From assembly GCA_052327205.1 (NCBI GenBank), contig CM126203.1, positions 341,620,001 through 341,684,000 of the forward strand: a stretch of 64,000 bases of DNA. The letters run 5' to 3'. This DNA comes from Somniosus microcephalus. Its lineage: Eukaryota. Shown piece after piece: positions 11,348-23,568 of the stretch (position 1 is its first letter; every line of letters begins with the position of its first letter). Position numbers and translations under genes: made by a program. Under the pieces are notes generated by a model. It was not told where the DNA came from and made no database searches. It saw nothing but the letters and a program-made list of their open reading frames with translations.

Positions 11348-11788
11348 TCGTAGGGGAGTGGGGCTAATTGGTTAGCTCTTTCAAAGAGCCGGCACAGGCA
11401 CGATGGGCCGAATGGCCTCTTTCTGTGCGGTATCATTCTATGATTGTATGAATAGGACTGTCACAACAGTAATGTGCATGGACAGTCGCTGGTATGTCTA
11501 ACTAGCCTTCATTGTCTTCAGGATGCTAGTTTCAGACACCCCATCTGAAACCCAATACAATACACACCTGCCAGCCATGCTGCCCTGTAAATTTAACCCC
11601 TTTAATGCAAACTTTAAATTAAAAGTACATTTTAACATAACTCCTACATAGATCCTCTCTGTGGGAACTGAGTCAAACACCCCAGAAACGCGACAACCAC
11701 CATACGGGCAAAGGGTGCCAAGTTGTTCATTTCTCATGTAAAGCTTTTCATCAAAGATGTGTGATCCAAGTACTGCAGAGGATTGCTA

Positions 11789-13525
11789 AGGCTGGAATTC
11801 TGGCTACCTGGGCGGGTCCGGTGCGGGCGGCGTCCCTGGCGGGTCACGACCCCTCTGCTGGCTCCATCCCGCTGTTGAAAATGAACCTACCTTAACGGGG
11901 CCTAATAAGCCCGCCCTGCGCGTTACCCGGCCCAATTAGTTGGAGCGGGTCTGGTGAGGTCATTCATGACGCGTTTTCAGCTGGGATCTTTAAAGGGACC
12001 AGGGCCACATTAGATTTGAAGTTTAATCTAACATAGTGCTGTCAGTACAGTACAGCATTGGAGTGCTGCAAAAATGACAATGACTGCACAGAGGCAGAGG
12101 GTTGCACCCAGGTTCTCCGATGACTCTCTCCATATGCTTATGGAGGGAGTCACAGCACACAGGGATGTTCTCTTCCCTTCCGATGGGCGGAAGAGACCTC
12201 CCCAGGAGACCAGGACAGCCTGGTTGCAGATTGCAGAGGAGGTCACAAGCAGGGATGTGGTCAGGAGGGCCTGGGTGCAGTGCCGCAAACATTTCAATGA
12301 TCTCATTAGATCAGGAAATGTTAGTACAAAGCCACACTCAACTTCATCCTGCTGTGCCTCTCATCACATCCCCATCACTCTGCCTTCCCTACCCTACTCC
12401 TGCACTTCCTTACTCACACCAACATACCTTGCACCTCCACCCATCCCTCTCTCTCTATCTACATTATCACATCCCCATCTCACTAGCCACCCCTCACACT
12501 CACCCTAATCATAGTGCAATCATACCAACTAACAACACACAAGCCACTTGGATGCTTTATCCAATGTTTGTATAAAATTTCAGTTACTGTGGTGTCAAAC
12601 ATATAAATCTTTATTTTCAACACTTTCCAGTCTTGGACAGATTTGTGTGCACCTTTGGAAGTGGCTTAGTGAGTTGCAGTGAATGGTGAGACATAATGGT
12701 ACCCCCCACAATGGTGATGAGTGTGAAAGGAATGGCTTGGGCATTGTAGGGATGCTTTATGGTGTTGGTGTGGGGTGGTGCCAATCTGGCGCATCCTGTG
12801 ACAGCCAGGGTGTACAGCGTAAAGGTAACTATATCTGACCATGATGAGGCCATCCCTGGCCTCCCGGGCAGCAATGTGCTCTGGTGCTGATGCCCTCTGT
12901 CCTGTGCAGCATCAGGTGATTGCGGAGAAAGTTGATGTTGTTGTTGGTGCTGCTGGTGTGCCTGGTGCTGCTGGTGTTGGGACTGATCATGGTCCGATTC
13001 TGAGGTCCAAGGTGAGACAGTATAAACAGCACCCATGTTGATGGAATAGATGGCAGGTGAAGTACAGATGACAGAAGCATTCTGTCAATGGTGAGAGAGT
13101 TCTTCCAATGATGGAGACTTTGCTGCAAAGATTTGCAGCCTGCAGAATCTGTGCTGGAAATGGACTGAGCAACAGCTTCTGCCTGAGGAACGTGTGCATT
13201 TGATTCTAACAAGTAATCAGCTGCAGCAATAGCCAAGGAACTCCTACCTCAGGTTGACAAATGTGGTTCCCGAGCTGCATGAATCCCGTGGCCATGCAGG
13301 GAAATTTAAAAAGTAAGTGATAAAAGGCTCTTAAGCGCCTGTAGGCAACCTGATAATGATTTCAATTGGGTCGCCCGCCACTGCCGGTCGGGTCTGCTCA
13401 GCGACGACAGGCGTGCCTGTGGGAAAGGCGCATGGGGGCGGGATGACAGCGGGTTCCCAACCCGCTGTCAAAAATAACAAATTTCTCACCTGGCCCACCA
13501 CCGATTGCGCTGAAAGATTCTGCTC
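11789..13525 (+). mobile_element. Internally deleted PIF/Harbinger transposon
   Basis: Degenerate ends GGCTGGAATTCT / AAGATTCTGCTC next to TAA. Myb/SANT exon on +. On -, the transposase 5' end MGAVYTVSPWTSESD matches the start at 50741. Confidence 0.75.
12080..12319 (+). pseudogene. Harbinger Myb/SANT-like DNA-binding protein, exon 1
   Basis: APRFSDDSLHMLMEGV..HRDVLFPSDGRKRP..AWLQIAEEVTS..RAWVQCRKHFNDL (NAIF1/Myb_DNA-bind_5-like). Confidence 0.8.
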
Positions 13526-14775
13526 TAAATGTCTCTTGATTTTTATTTTATTCAGAAGATACAACTTGCTGGAAAATCAGACGGTTTCTATAACGTGCGC
13601 TCGACCCTCAAGGCCAATTTTACACTCCAGTGCTAAGTTGAAAATGACTTGCCATGAGTTATCTGAAGTATTACAATCGAGCTAATGTCTGTTTTTTGTT
13701 TGTATACAGAAAATAGTTTCTGTTAATATACAGCTTGATGGACAGATTCTACAATTATTGGATTGTATATAAAGAGAAACTATTTCCTCTGGTAGGGGAG
13801 TCCAGAACAAAGAGGCATACCCGCAAAATTAGGGCTAAGCTGTTCAGTGGTGATGTCAGGAAGCAATTCTTCACACAAGGGTAGTGGAAATCTGGAACTC
13901 ACGCCCTCAAAAGGCCTGGCACCCAGCTCTTCTCTGAACTGCAGCCAAACAGGTTAGCCCCTTTTCTGCTTTTCAGAGACGTTGGGCTAGGGAGCAGCTG
14001 GAGGCATTCTGGCTGCAGCGTTGGACAGCAGCTAGAAACCTCTGACCATGGCAGCCATTGCAGCTGACTTTCCCCCACCCATTTCCAGGCGCTTTGTCCT
14101 GCCAGGTGGCGGGTCTGTATCGGGATGTGATCGGACCATTCAAATGACCCGGCCCACCAAATGTGGGTGTACTGAGGCCCGGACAGCTGCAATGTCATTT
14201 GGGTGTGCTGTGCATATCCAAGGCCTAGGCAGAAGGTGGCGGGGGTTGGTGGGGGGGGGGGAGGGGACAGGAAAATCAGCTGATTCGTCTTTCCCAAAGT
14301 AACGTGCATGTGTAAGCTTATCCCATTGTCTCATGGCGAGTCATTGTGTCCCCTCAGGAGACATTCCAGGACTAAATATGGCTCTTATGTAACTATACAC
14401 CACATATATATAAAACTCTTTCTGCTATCCTGCTGAAGGGAGAGCATCTTACCTGCTGTACAGTAAACTAAATGCCAATTTTGCAGACTTCACCAATTGA
14501 GAACTCCTTCAAATGGTCCAATATTGTATTTTTAGGTTTTACTTGCAAACCCTTCTGGGAATTTTAATTGTTTTTCATGCAGTTCAAGTGAAGGCAATTT
14601 TCTATATCTGTTCGTACAACAACAATTGGTGGAAATTGGCTTGTAAATAAATGCCAGAATGTTGTGTTCCTTACAACATTGTGATGTTGTGATTATCTGA
14701 GATACAAATAATTCTTGCATCATCCATTGTGTGCGCAGCCAACACATACACTGAACTGAGCTAAGTAAAACACCT

Positions 14776-15738
14776 GGGGTTAGAAATTGCTCTTCATTGC
14801 GTCTGTTTTACGGGAATAATACGAGCTCGACAAGGGTCAGTTTCGGGGACCAAAGTCCAGCGCCCCAAGGATGCCTGAAAGAAGTCCAACCTGATAATGG
14901 GTCGGGCCACTTTTCAGGCATCCCCGGGTAGCTGCCTAAAGCAGATGTTAGGCGTTAGGCCTCTTACACGTACAGGCGAGGGGCCCAATGCCTGGTTTAG
15001 GCCCTCTTGCAGAAATTGGATTATGATGAGCTGAGCAGGCACCAGAACTGATTCTTCAGGGGCCACTGTAGCCTAAACAGCACCACCAACGAAAGGCCAT
15101 TTTTTAACAAAATGTTTCAAAAAGCATTGCTGTGTAGCCAAGAGGAGCAGAAGTATTACCTCCCAACTCCACACTACTTGCGATCGATCCTTCCTCTGTT
15201 GCCACGCCCCCCCACCAGGACTTACCTTAGGGCTGTTGTTGGCGAGGCAAGCAGCCTTGACATTTATCTATTTAAAATGGACGAGCTGCCTGTGGAGGAG
15301 CAACAGGAGGTCCCGATATCCAACCTTGCGTCAGTTAGCTCGCCATGGGAGACAAATTACACGCTAGAATCTTTGTTGGAATATGTAATTAGATCCGATC
15401 CCAGAAGATTTGTTAGGATCTGATTTAGGCCATTTAGATGGAGGCCAGACCCATACTGTCGCTGAGTCAATGAGCTCTCTGTGAGTGGTGAATTAAACAC
15501 AAGAAGCTTGACTGTAATTAGGTGCCATCCCCGAAGATTTGTTGGAATCGGATGTGCTGCGTCAGATGGACGCCCAATCTTGCACGGTCCCTGAATCAGT
15601 GAGCTCCTTATATGTGGCAAACACTACACTGGGAGCTTACTTTGAATATGTAATTAGATCTGACCCTGGAAGATACATTGGGGTCAAGAGTGCATCGCTC
15701 TGGCAGGGCGCAAATCCTGCAATGCAACTTTCCCCACC
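14776..15738. mobile_element. Probable Harbinger-type non-autonomous element with internal ~130-bp repeats
   Basis: Left end GGGGTTAGAAATTGC, weak right end GCAACTTTCCCCACC; three copies of TGTAATTAG..GAAGAT. Confidence 0.4.
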
Positions 15739-17086
15739 ATCCATGACCATCACCAAAAATTAATACCTTAAATCTAATACCTGTATTACTATCTAGTTTT
15801 CACAGGACCTCAAAACCTTGAAACCTCGCAGTCCACCCTCTCCCAACAATCAATTAGTTTGGTCCTAATCATGGTTTCCTGGTTTAGTTTATTTTCTCTT
15901 TCACTCTTTTCAGTCTTGATGATGTCTTGTACTATGTACCTCGGCCATTCTCTTTGGTTTTCTCAATAAGATAAATAAATTAAAATTATAATCTACATTG
16001 CATTGCACATGAACATTCTGTCGAAACTTGGTAATGAAAGAAGTTGTGCGACCAACATGTGCCAGGGACTTGGGGTAGAGCCCGTGTTATACACATAGCA
16101 CGCCTGTATCTGTCACCAACTAAATTCTTCATACATTAGGAACATGGTTGAAGTACGGGACCTTGACATTTTCTATACTTTCGATGGATGAAAACTACTG
16201 AAGTAAAACACACAAGTACAAAATGAACCTGATGGCAATCAATTCAAGGATAAATGTAGAGGTCAGAGTTCAATTATTCTTTGTGCAGTCAGCAGCACTG
16301 ACATGTTGTGCTTGGTGTCATCTAACCAAGCTAGTCCCTAATTTGCCTCATCTTTTTATGCTGGTAATGAGTGTCCAAAGTGACATGATTATCATTGACT
16401 TTTGGTGCTGCTGGGAGAAGTAATTTGGATGTTTTGTTTGCTAATTAATTCAGAATATTGATCTTCTGGACAAAAACAATTTTCTGATCATTAAATCTCC
16501 CACTGGAGAAATAAACTTTTCAATTTTCATTCATGTGTCAGTGATGGATAATATAGGCGGAAATAGGCCACTCTCCAATGGGTTAGGTACAGATTGGCAA
16601 TCACCTTAGTTTCAGTCATTATTTGTTTAAGTTCAACCCAGCAATTTTGTTATTGAGAGCTCAGATTCACAAGCAACAGACACTTGGTGGCACAGTTAAT
16701 AACAAATAACTGTGGTTTTATCCCTGTGACCAAGGCTTTAATCCACCTCAGACAGATGGAGTGGCAGGTTATCCTATCTGTTGGTTGTTTAGTCAAACCT
16801 GAAGTGAAATGATTTTTTTATAATCTCTCTCAATCTCAATCCATTTGACATTAATCAACGGGCTAAAACTGCCGATAATTTGGCATCAATTGGACTGAAT
16901 CCTTCAGAGAAGGTTGCTGATAAATAGTGTAGGAAATGGGGATGTCATTTGGTGGCATTGCTCTAATGGATATGAAGTTGAGGCAGCTTTTTGGGGGTCG
17001 TACAGGAAAAGCTGTACCATGTGTTTAATGCTATACCTGATCACAAAGCTAAAACTAGCATCAGCCTATCCTAGAAATCGACACAA

Positions 17087-17265
17087 TAGCAAAATACTAC
17101 GGATGCTAGAAATCTGAAATAACACCAGAAAATGCTGGAAACACTCAGCAGGTCAGGCAGCATCCGTGGAGAAAGAAAAACAGAGTTAACGTTCGCAGAC
17201 CTGAAACGTTAACTCTGTTTTTCACTCTCCACGGATGCTGCCTGACCTGCTGAGTGTTTCTAGAA
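17087..17265. mobile_element. Penelope-like terminal repeats in inverted arrangement (long hairpin)
   Basis: GAAACACTCAGCAGGTCAGGCAGCATCCGTGGAGA..AAAAACAGAGTTAACGTT is followed by its reverse complement. Confidence 0.65.
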
Positions 17266-17348
17266 CGCAACACCTGGTTTGATAGCATTGCCTCTGAGTA
17301 ACCCAGGAATGAAAGTGATCGAGTAGGTTAGATTTGAGAATTGTTATA

Positions 17349-17682
17349 CAGGTTGAGCGTCCCAAACCCAGAGTTCCAGAATCCGGAGTGTTCCAGAGTC
17401 CGGACTCCGGGACGATTGGTGACAGGGGTCTGGAATCCGTAAAATGTTCTGAAATCCGGACACCCTGAGGGAGGCTTACCAAAAATTGGAAATAGCGCAA
17501 CCTGGGCCCAGGCATTTCCAGACTCGGCACGTGCTTCTGATGTCCGAAGTCCAGAAATATCGCAACCTGGGCTCGGGCGTTTCTGGACTTCAGACATCAG
17601 AAACACGTTCCGAAGTCTGGAAAACTCCAAAATCCGACTCCGTCTCGGTCCCGAGGTTGTCAAATTCGGGATGTTCTACCTG
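17349..17682. mobile_element. Tc1/mariner (Tigger/pogo-like) MITE
   Basis: TA-flanked; TIRs CAGGTTGAGCGTCCC / GGGATGTTCTACCTG; internal hairpin at ~17535-17602. Confidence 0.75.
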
Positions 17683-18487
17683 TACCAGTCTAGTGAGTCC
17701 TATGATTGTGGGTGAATTGTGGTATATATAATACAACAATTCTTGTTACTATAATGATTGCAAAGTTAGAAATCTTCTATTAATCCTCACCATTAATAAG
17801 AACAATCGGAAAGGATTGGTTGAGGATTAAGAATGATTGCAGTTTTAGACCTTCAGTACCCAACAGCCGCCTTAGTTCAGGTGATGTGTCACCAGTACTG
17901 GCAGTAGACAGGATTAGATCTTTTCTATCTTTTTTTGTTAGATTAAACTTAATGTTAGAATAAGAGAAACAATTCTAATTCTGCAGTATGTTGTACCATC
18001 GAGATCTACAATACTGAGTTGAAACTGTACTTCAACGAGCTAACTATAGTGTAGAAATAACTGATGCCGATAAGAGTGGATGAACACTTGGAGCATTCAT
18101 ATAACATTCCTATGTGTGCTATTTTTAAGAGGCATTAACCTGCCTAAAAGAAATGGGTTAATGAATCTTTCAAAATAGAGGAATGTCTAAGAAACCACAT
18201 TAAGCATTAGTCCACTATCATCGCAAACAGTAATTGCTACCTTCTGTCTAATGAGGTGTTCATTTTTAGTCAACCAATTGGATGCAGTCTTCAATCTTCA
18301 CTCAGTAGTATAGATGCCAGAAGTTGATGCAGTATAAAAAGATACAAAAGAGTCTGTGGCCCTGGGTGAAAACATGGGTGAAAACTGTTAAATGCTTCAA
18401 GGTCAGACTACAATGCTTCATGCTAGGCTTGGTGGAAACCAACTACTGTAAATGACAAGTTAGAATATAGATATTAAAGAACACTAG

Positions 18488-19332
18488 GGGGGAAAAATTC
18501 AGTATCGCCCCGTTTGGGGCGCCATTATCGGCCGTGCGCAATGTTTAGTGCCTGCCGCTAATTATCGCCTCCGACTGCAAACTTGGCTTTCATCACCCCT
18601 GGAGGTGATTGGAGCGCTAAATCAGGCAATATACACCTGTCTTAAGGCGCAAAGGCCGAGGAGCGAGGCGCTAATTCAGAGCGTGGGCGCAGCGTCAGTT
18701 AGCGATGGAACACAGACACACTGGCGCCGGACAGTTCTTAAAGGGGAGGGTCGATCTTGCTCTCCAGCCACACCCTGCTCATTGGAGCCTTGAATCTCGG
18801 CCTGCAGAGACCTGTGCCTAAATCTTGCAGCCAAGGACTATGGAGAGGGTGAGAGAACGAGCACAGCGCATCAGCGAGCGGGCCTTGGAGGCTCTGGTTG
18901 GCGCAGTGGAGCGCAGAAGATCAATACTGTACCCAGAGAGTGGCAGGAGGCCTTTGCCGCGCGACTACAGAAGAGTGTGGAGAGAGGTGGCTCAGAGCAT
19001 GGTGCCCAGGACCCATATATACTGTCGTTAAAAGCCAGGAAGAGGCCGCCTTTAAATAGCGCCCCCCTAGCCCCACAGCGACTGGGAAGCGTTCCAGTCT
19101 ACCTGTCGTTGCTTGCGTTCCGGGGCGCCACAAGGCCGTTGCACGCTCGAATGACGTCAAGATCTGTTTGCGCAAGAGATCAGGGCGGTATTGTTTAGCG
19201 CCGCTGCAAAATGTCTGGTCAATTTCGCGAGAGGCGCAGATATCGCCGCGCCCGGGCGCTAGTTGCTTGGCGCCCCATTAGCGCCCTCTTAAGGCACTAA
19301 CGGGAGGTGCAAACCAACTGAATTTTTCCCCC
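18488..19332 (+). mobile_element. Non-autonomous Harbinger element keeping a Myb/SANT fragment
   Basis: Perfect 16-bp TIR GGGGGAAAAATTCAGT; 3-bp TSD TAG; peptide MERVRERAQRISERALEALVGAVERRRSILYPESGRRP..VWREVA. Confidence 0.85.
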
Positions 19333-19342
19333 TAGGTCTATT

Positions 19343-20097
19343 GGCCCAGAAATTCGGGTCGGGGGCTTCCAGCCCCCGACCTGCACTTACCTTGCACGCC
19401 GGCAGTTGAGCTCTGGGCTCCCGTGGAATTCCGCTCCGGAGCCTGGCCCAGTTGCCGGCGCGCTGTGCTTGCGTGTCCCAGGGGCGTAGTTAGTGCAATG
19501 CGTCCCCTGGGATCACGTGAGCCACGGGCAGCCAATCGGAGGAGGGAAAAGCCCATTCATAAGATTGACAGGAAGACCTGTCTAAACTTATGAATAGTCC
19601 GGCTCCAAAATAGTAGTAAACCTTCAAACACATTTAAAAAAATCATCACACTTTTTAAATAAACTATAAATTACATTAAATAACTATTTTAAACAATAAT
19701 TTAAATTTTTGAAAAAAATAATTTTATAAAAAAACGGGGCTAAAAATAAACTTACCTTGCTTTAAAGTATTTAAAAATAATAAACCTGTGGAAAAAATGT
19801 TTTAATTTTAATTAATTGACCACTTACCTATTAAAATGCAGGCCTTACGCCTGGTTTTTACATTTCTAAAATCTAAAGACTTACCCTCACGGAAAAACCT
19901 GTAAAAAAAACGTAAATTCAAAGCGCACGCGCAAACTCCCGCGCGCACGCATTCGACCTCTGAACCCCTTCGTTCAGAGGAACGGAAGTGCCAGTTTCCC
20001 GCGCATGCGTAGTGCATCCAAGAAACCGGCACTTCCATCGGGTCCACGCGTGAGTACCCCGTGCGTACTCACGCGTTGGGACCCAAATTTCTGGGCC
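19343..20097. mobile_element. Harbinger-type MITE
   Basis: TIR GGCCCAGAAATT(C/T)GGGTC (17/18 match); TSD ATT; GC-rich arms and AT-rich core. Confidence 0.85.
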
Positions 20098-20349
20098 ATT
20101 ATTTCCAATTTAAGGATGGCAAGAATAAATTAGACCATATAAACTATGCTTGTGCAGAATTATCTTACAATCAATTTGCATGGTTCTTTTCTCTTATACC
20201 CAGATACATAAACTTTCCTCAGTGCATATATAAGACGTGCCCTTTTTTATTGAGATTTACCTCATTCAAGCAATTTCGAGGAAACTGATAATCATCTCTC
20301 CACCTGTACAACTTTTCTTTGATAACTCTGCTTCAGCCTTCATAAAAAT

Positions 20350-20628
20350 AGGACAAGGGCAGCAGGCGCATAGGAACACAGCCATCTGTAAGTTCCCCTC
20401 CAAGCCACACACCATCCTGACTTGGAAATATATTGCTGTTCCTTCATCGTCACTGGGTCAAAATCCTGGAAATCCCTACCTAACAGCACTGTGGGAGCAC
20501 CTTCACCACACGGACTGCAGCGGTTCAAGAAGGCGGCTCACCACCACCTTCTCAACGGCAATTACAGGCGGGCAATAAATGCTGGCGTTGCCAGCGATGC
20601 CCACATCCCGTGAATGAATTTAAAAAAT
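20350..20628 (+). mobile_element. 3' end of a second CR1-clade LINE family
   Basis: ..GSKSWKSLP..FKKAAHHHLL and tail GGGCAATAAATGCTGG..TGAATGAAT; same family as 23569-25235 and 28860-29467. Confidence 0.8.
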
Positions 20629-20757
20629 CATAAACATGCTATTTCATATAACCCACTTTTGTTTTGTGCCAACTCAGCTCTTTTCTCAAACAAATTAATA
20701 TATTAAATGCTGGTATACCTTTTGCACAACAAAATTGCAGCAATGTATAATTTGAAT

Positions 20758-21852
20758 TACAAGAATGGTGCCAGGGATGCGGGACTTCAGTTATGTGGAG
20801 AGACTGGAGAAGCTGGGATTGTTCTCCTTAGCGCAGAGAAGGTTAGAATCATAGAATGGTTACAGCACAGAAGGAGGCCATTCGGCCTGTTGAGCCCGTG
20901 CCGGCTCTCTGCAAGAGCACTTCAGCTAGTCCCACTCCCCCGCCCTTCCCCCGTAGCCCTGCAAATTGTTTTCCTTCAGGTACTTATCCAATTACCTTTT
21001 GAAAGCTACAATTAAGTCTGCCTCCACCACCTTTTCAGTCAGTGAATTCCAGATCCTAACCACTCGCTGCGTAAAAAAGTTTTTCCTCATGTCGCCTTTG
21101 GTTCTTCTGCCAATCACCTTAAATCTGTGTCCTCTGGTTCTCGACCGTTCCACCAATGGGAACAGTTTCTCTCTCTCTACTCTGTCTAGACCCCACATGA
21201 TTTTGAATACCTCTATCAAATCTCCTCCCAACCTGAAGGGAGATTTGATGGAGGTGTTTAAAATCATGAAGGGTTTTGAGAGTAAATAATGAGAAACTGT
21301 TTGACATGAATCAGTCATTCATGAAAGAAAGACTTATGAAATAATACTGAGCGGCCTACGGGTGGCGCTGTCCAGGGAGAGTATAAATACTCGTGCACGG
21401 GCCCAGTTTGCGCAGGACATTCTTAACAGGAACTAGTGAAGGACACAACTAGACCTCCATGTTGTAAAACAGTTGATTAATGCTTTGTTTAACGCTTAGA
21501 CCAAGTGCCTAGTCGTTTTCTTACGTCACTGTTTCCAGTGGCAGTGGTGTCAGTAACCAGGCGACACGGATTTAAGGTAATTGGTAAAAGAACCAGAGGC
21601 GAGATGAGGAGAATTTTTTTACGGAGCGAGTTGTTATGATCTGGAATGCATAGCCTGAAAGGCTGGTGGAAGCAGATTCACTAATAACTTTCAAAAGGGA
21701 ATTTAAAAAAAGCTTGATGGGGAAAATTCTGCAGGGCAATGGGAAAAGAGCAGGGGAATGGCACTAATTGGACAGCTTTTTCAAAGAGCCGACACAGGCA
21801 CAGTGGGCCGAATGGCCTCCTTCTGTGCTGTATCATTCTATGATTCTATGAT
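20758..21852 (+). mobile_element. CR1 3' fragment containing an inverted CR1 fragment (~20845-21230) and a solo LTR
   Basis: The host CR1 frame (GLFSL..RR..GDLMEVFKIMKG..EKLFP) resumes after each insertion; ATTCTATG tails. Confidence 0.8.
21302..21528 (+). mobile_element. Solo LTR (227 bp)
   Basis: TGACATGA..TTACGTCA; 5-bp TSD CTGTT (21297-21301 / 21529-21533); TATAAAT box. Confidence 0.85.
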
Positions 21853-22061
21853 TACACCACGCATGTTCGTGTACAATGCTCTAGTAATTTGTGCTTCCTG
21901 TAGGATAATTAAACATAGGCAAGAAGTAAAACAATTGTTTAAAGTAGATGTTTTTGACAAGCAAAACCTGTGAAACTTCAGAGAATTTCACTGGCTTGAC
22001 TTCATTAATTGATGTGAGTGGTAACTCCTTGGCCTCCTGCCTGGTGGCCCAGTTAAAACAA

Positions 22062-22532
22062 AAGAAAAACTTGCATTTATATAGCATCTTTCCCAACTTC
22101 AGGACGTCCCAAAGCGATTTACAGCCAATGAAGTACACTTTTGAAGTGTAGTCATTGTTGTAATGTAGGTAAAGCAGAAGCTAATTTTGCGCACAGTAAG
22201 GTCCCAGAAACAGCAATGTGATAATGACCAGATAATCTGTTTTAAAGATGTTGGTTGAGGGATAAATATTGGCCAGAAGAACTCCTAATTGAAGACTCCC
22301 CTGCTCTTCTACAAAATAATGTCTTGGGATCCTTTACGCCCACCTGAGAGGGCAGACAAGGCCTCGGTTTAACATCTCATACAAAATACAGCATTTATGA
22401 CAGTGCAGCAGTCCCTCAGTACGACACTGAAGTGCCAGCTTAGATTACGTGCTTAAGTGTCTTGGACTGGGGTTTGAACCCACAACCATTTAACTCAAAA
22501 GCGAGCATGTTACCACTGAGCCAAGGCTGACA
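22062..22532 (-). mobile_element. tRNA-derived Deu-type SINE (SacSINE1-like)
   Basis: Minus strand begins TGTCAGCCTTGGCTCAGTGGTAAC (A box), has GGTTCAAACC (B box) and ends GCTATATAAATGCAAG; homologous to 51310-51690. Confidence 0.75.
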
Positions 22533-23568
22533 GCTCCTGTACTGGTTTGTTGTGCCCTCAGCACACACAAACCTTTTTGCCTGAAATACCAATGTGTAAT
22601 TTGAATCCTCAGCTCATCAGTTGGCATTACTTAGAGCGTTGACAAAGACATTGATGGTAATATTACAGCACTGACATTTTAGCACCCTAAGCTCGAGAGA
22701 TAAAACCATCCATCTTGCATACAACAGGGCAACATGTTCTGGCTCTATTGGAGAAAGTTTCTTATCAATTGTTTGATCACTTTGTAGCTTCCTGACAGAT
22801 TGATGACACCATCAAGAGTGTGCATGAGAGTTAAAAGAAGATCTCATTATGTGGGTGGAAAATCTTTGATGTTCCATTCAGCTCAAATACTCTATAAAGG
22901 ATACTAACGGGAACAAATTCCTTTAAACGCAAATTGTTCTTATTAAACCACGAGCAACTGTATAAACTTTAGGCATGGCTTAAAGCCTTTAATTAAATCA
23001 ACAATTTCAATTTGAAAGAAGAAAGTGGTAAAGAATAAATAAAGAGGAAGGAGAAATAAAGGACTACTGTGAAAGAATAAGAGAAATTATACTATAATTC
23101 TGCATGATCGTGACAGCATGAGGGCATTTATTTTGTGCATACAGCCAGTCAGAGACAGGGCCTTCCATTCAGATAGAAATAGCAGAGAAGTTAAAAGAAA
23201 AAAATTGCATTGTCAAAAAGTCAAGTTTTTACAGAGACTGACTAGCCCTGAATTTGCGGTCGGAGGCGTAACTCTGGAATACGCCACGCCTCCGACCCGC
23301 GAAAGACCTATGAACTTACCTCCTGGCTCCACAGCTATGGAGAGTTCGGGTCTCAGGCCTGCAGGCATATGTCTGCATAAAGGCCCACCGATCCCAGGGA
23401 TGCAGACGGTTGTGTGACTTTTTGACTATGCAATTTTTTACTTTCAACTTTGCAGCTGTTTCTATATAAATGGAAGGCACTGTTTTGATTACAGATATAT
23501 ACATATCTATATATGTGTGTGTATTCATGTGCTTATTGCAATTATTTTTATATTCGCTTCTGGGATGC

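Noticed and set aside
14536-14650. Candidate host exons (also near 23140, 54320-54493 on the minus strand, and 61591)
   Set aside because: Acceptor-like sites and short open frames only; no good donor pairing or recognisable protein.
22440-22532. tRNA gene
   Set aside because: The A and B boxes belong to a SINE head; the cloverleaf is degenerate and continues into SINE body.
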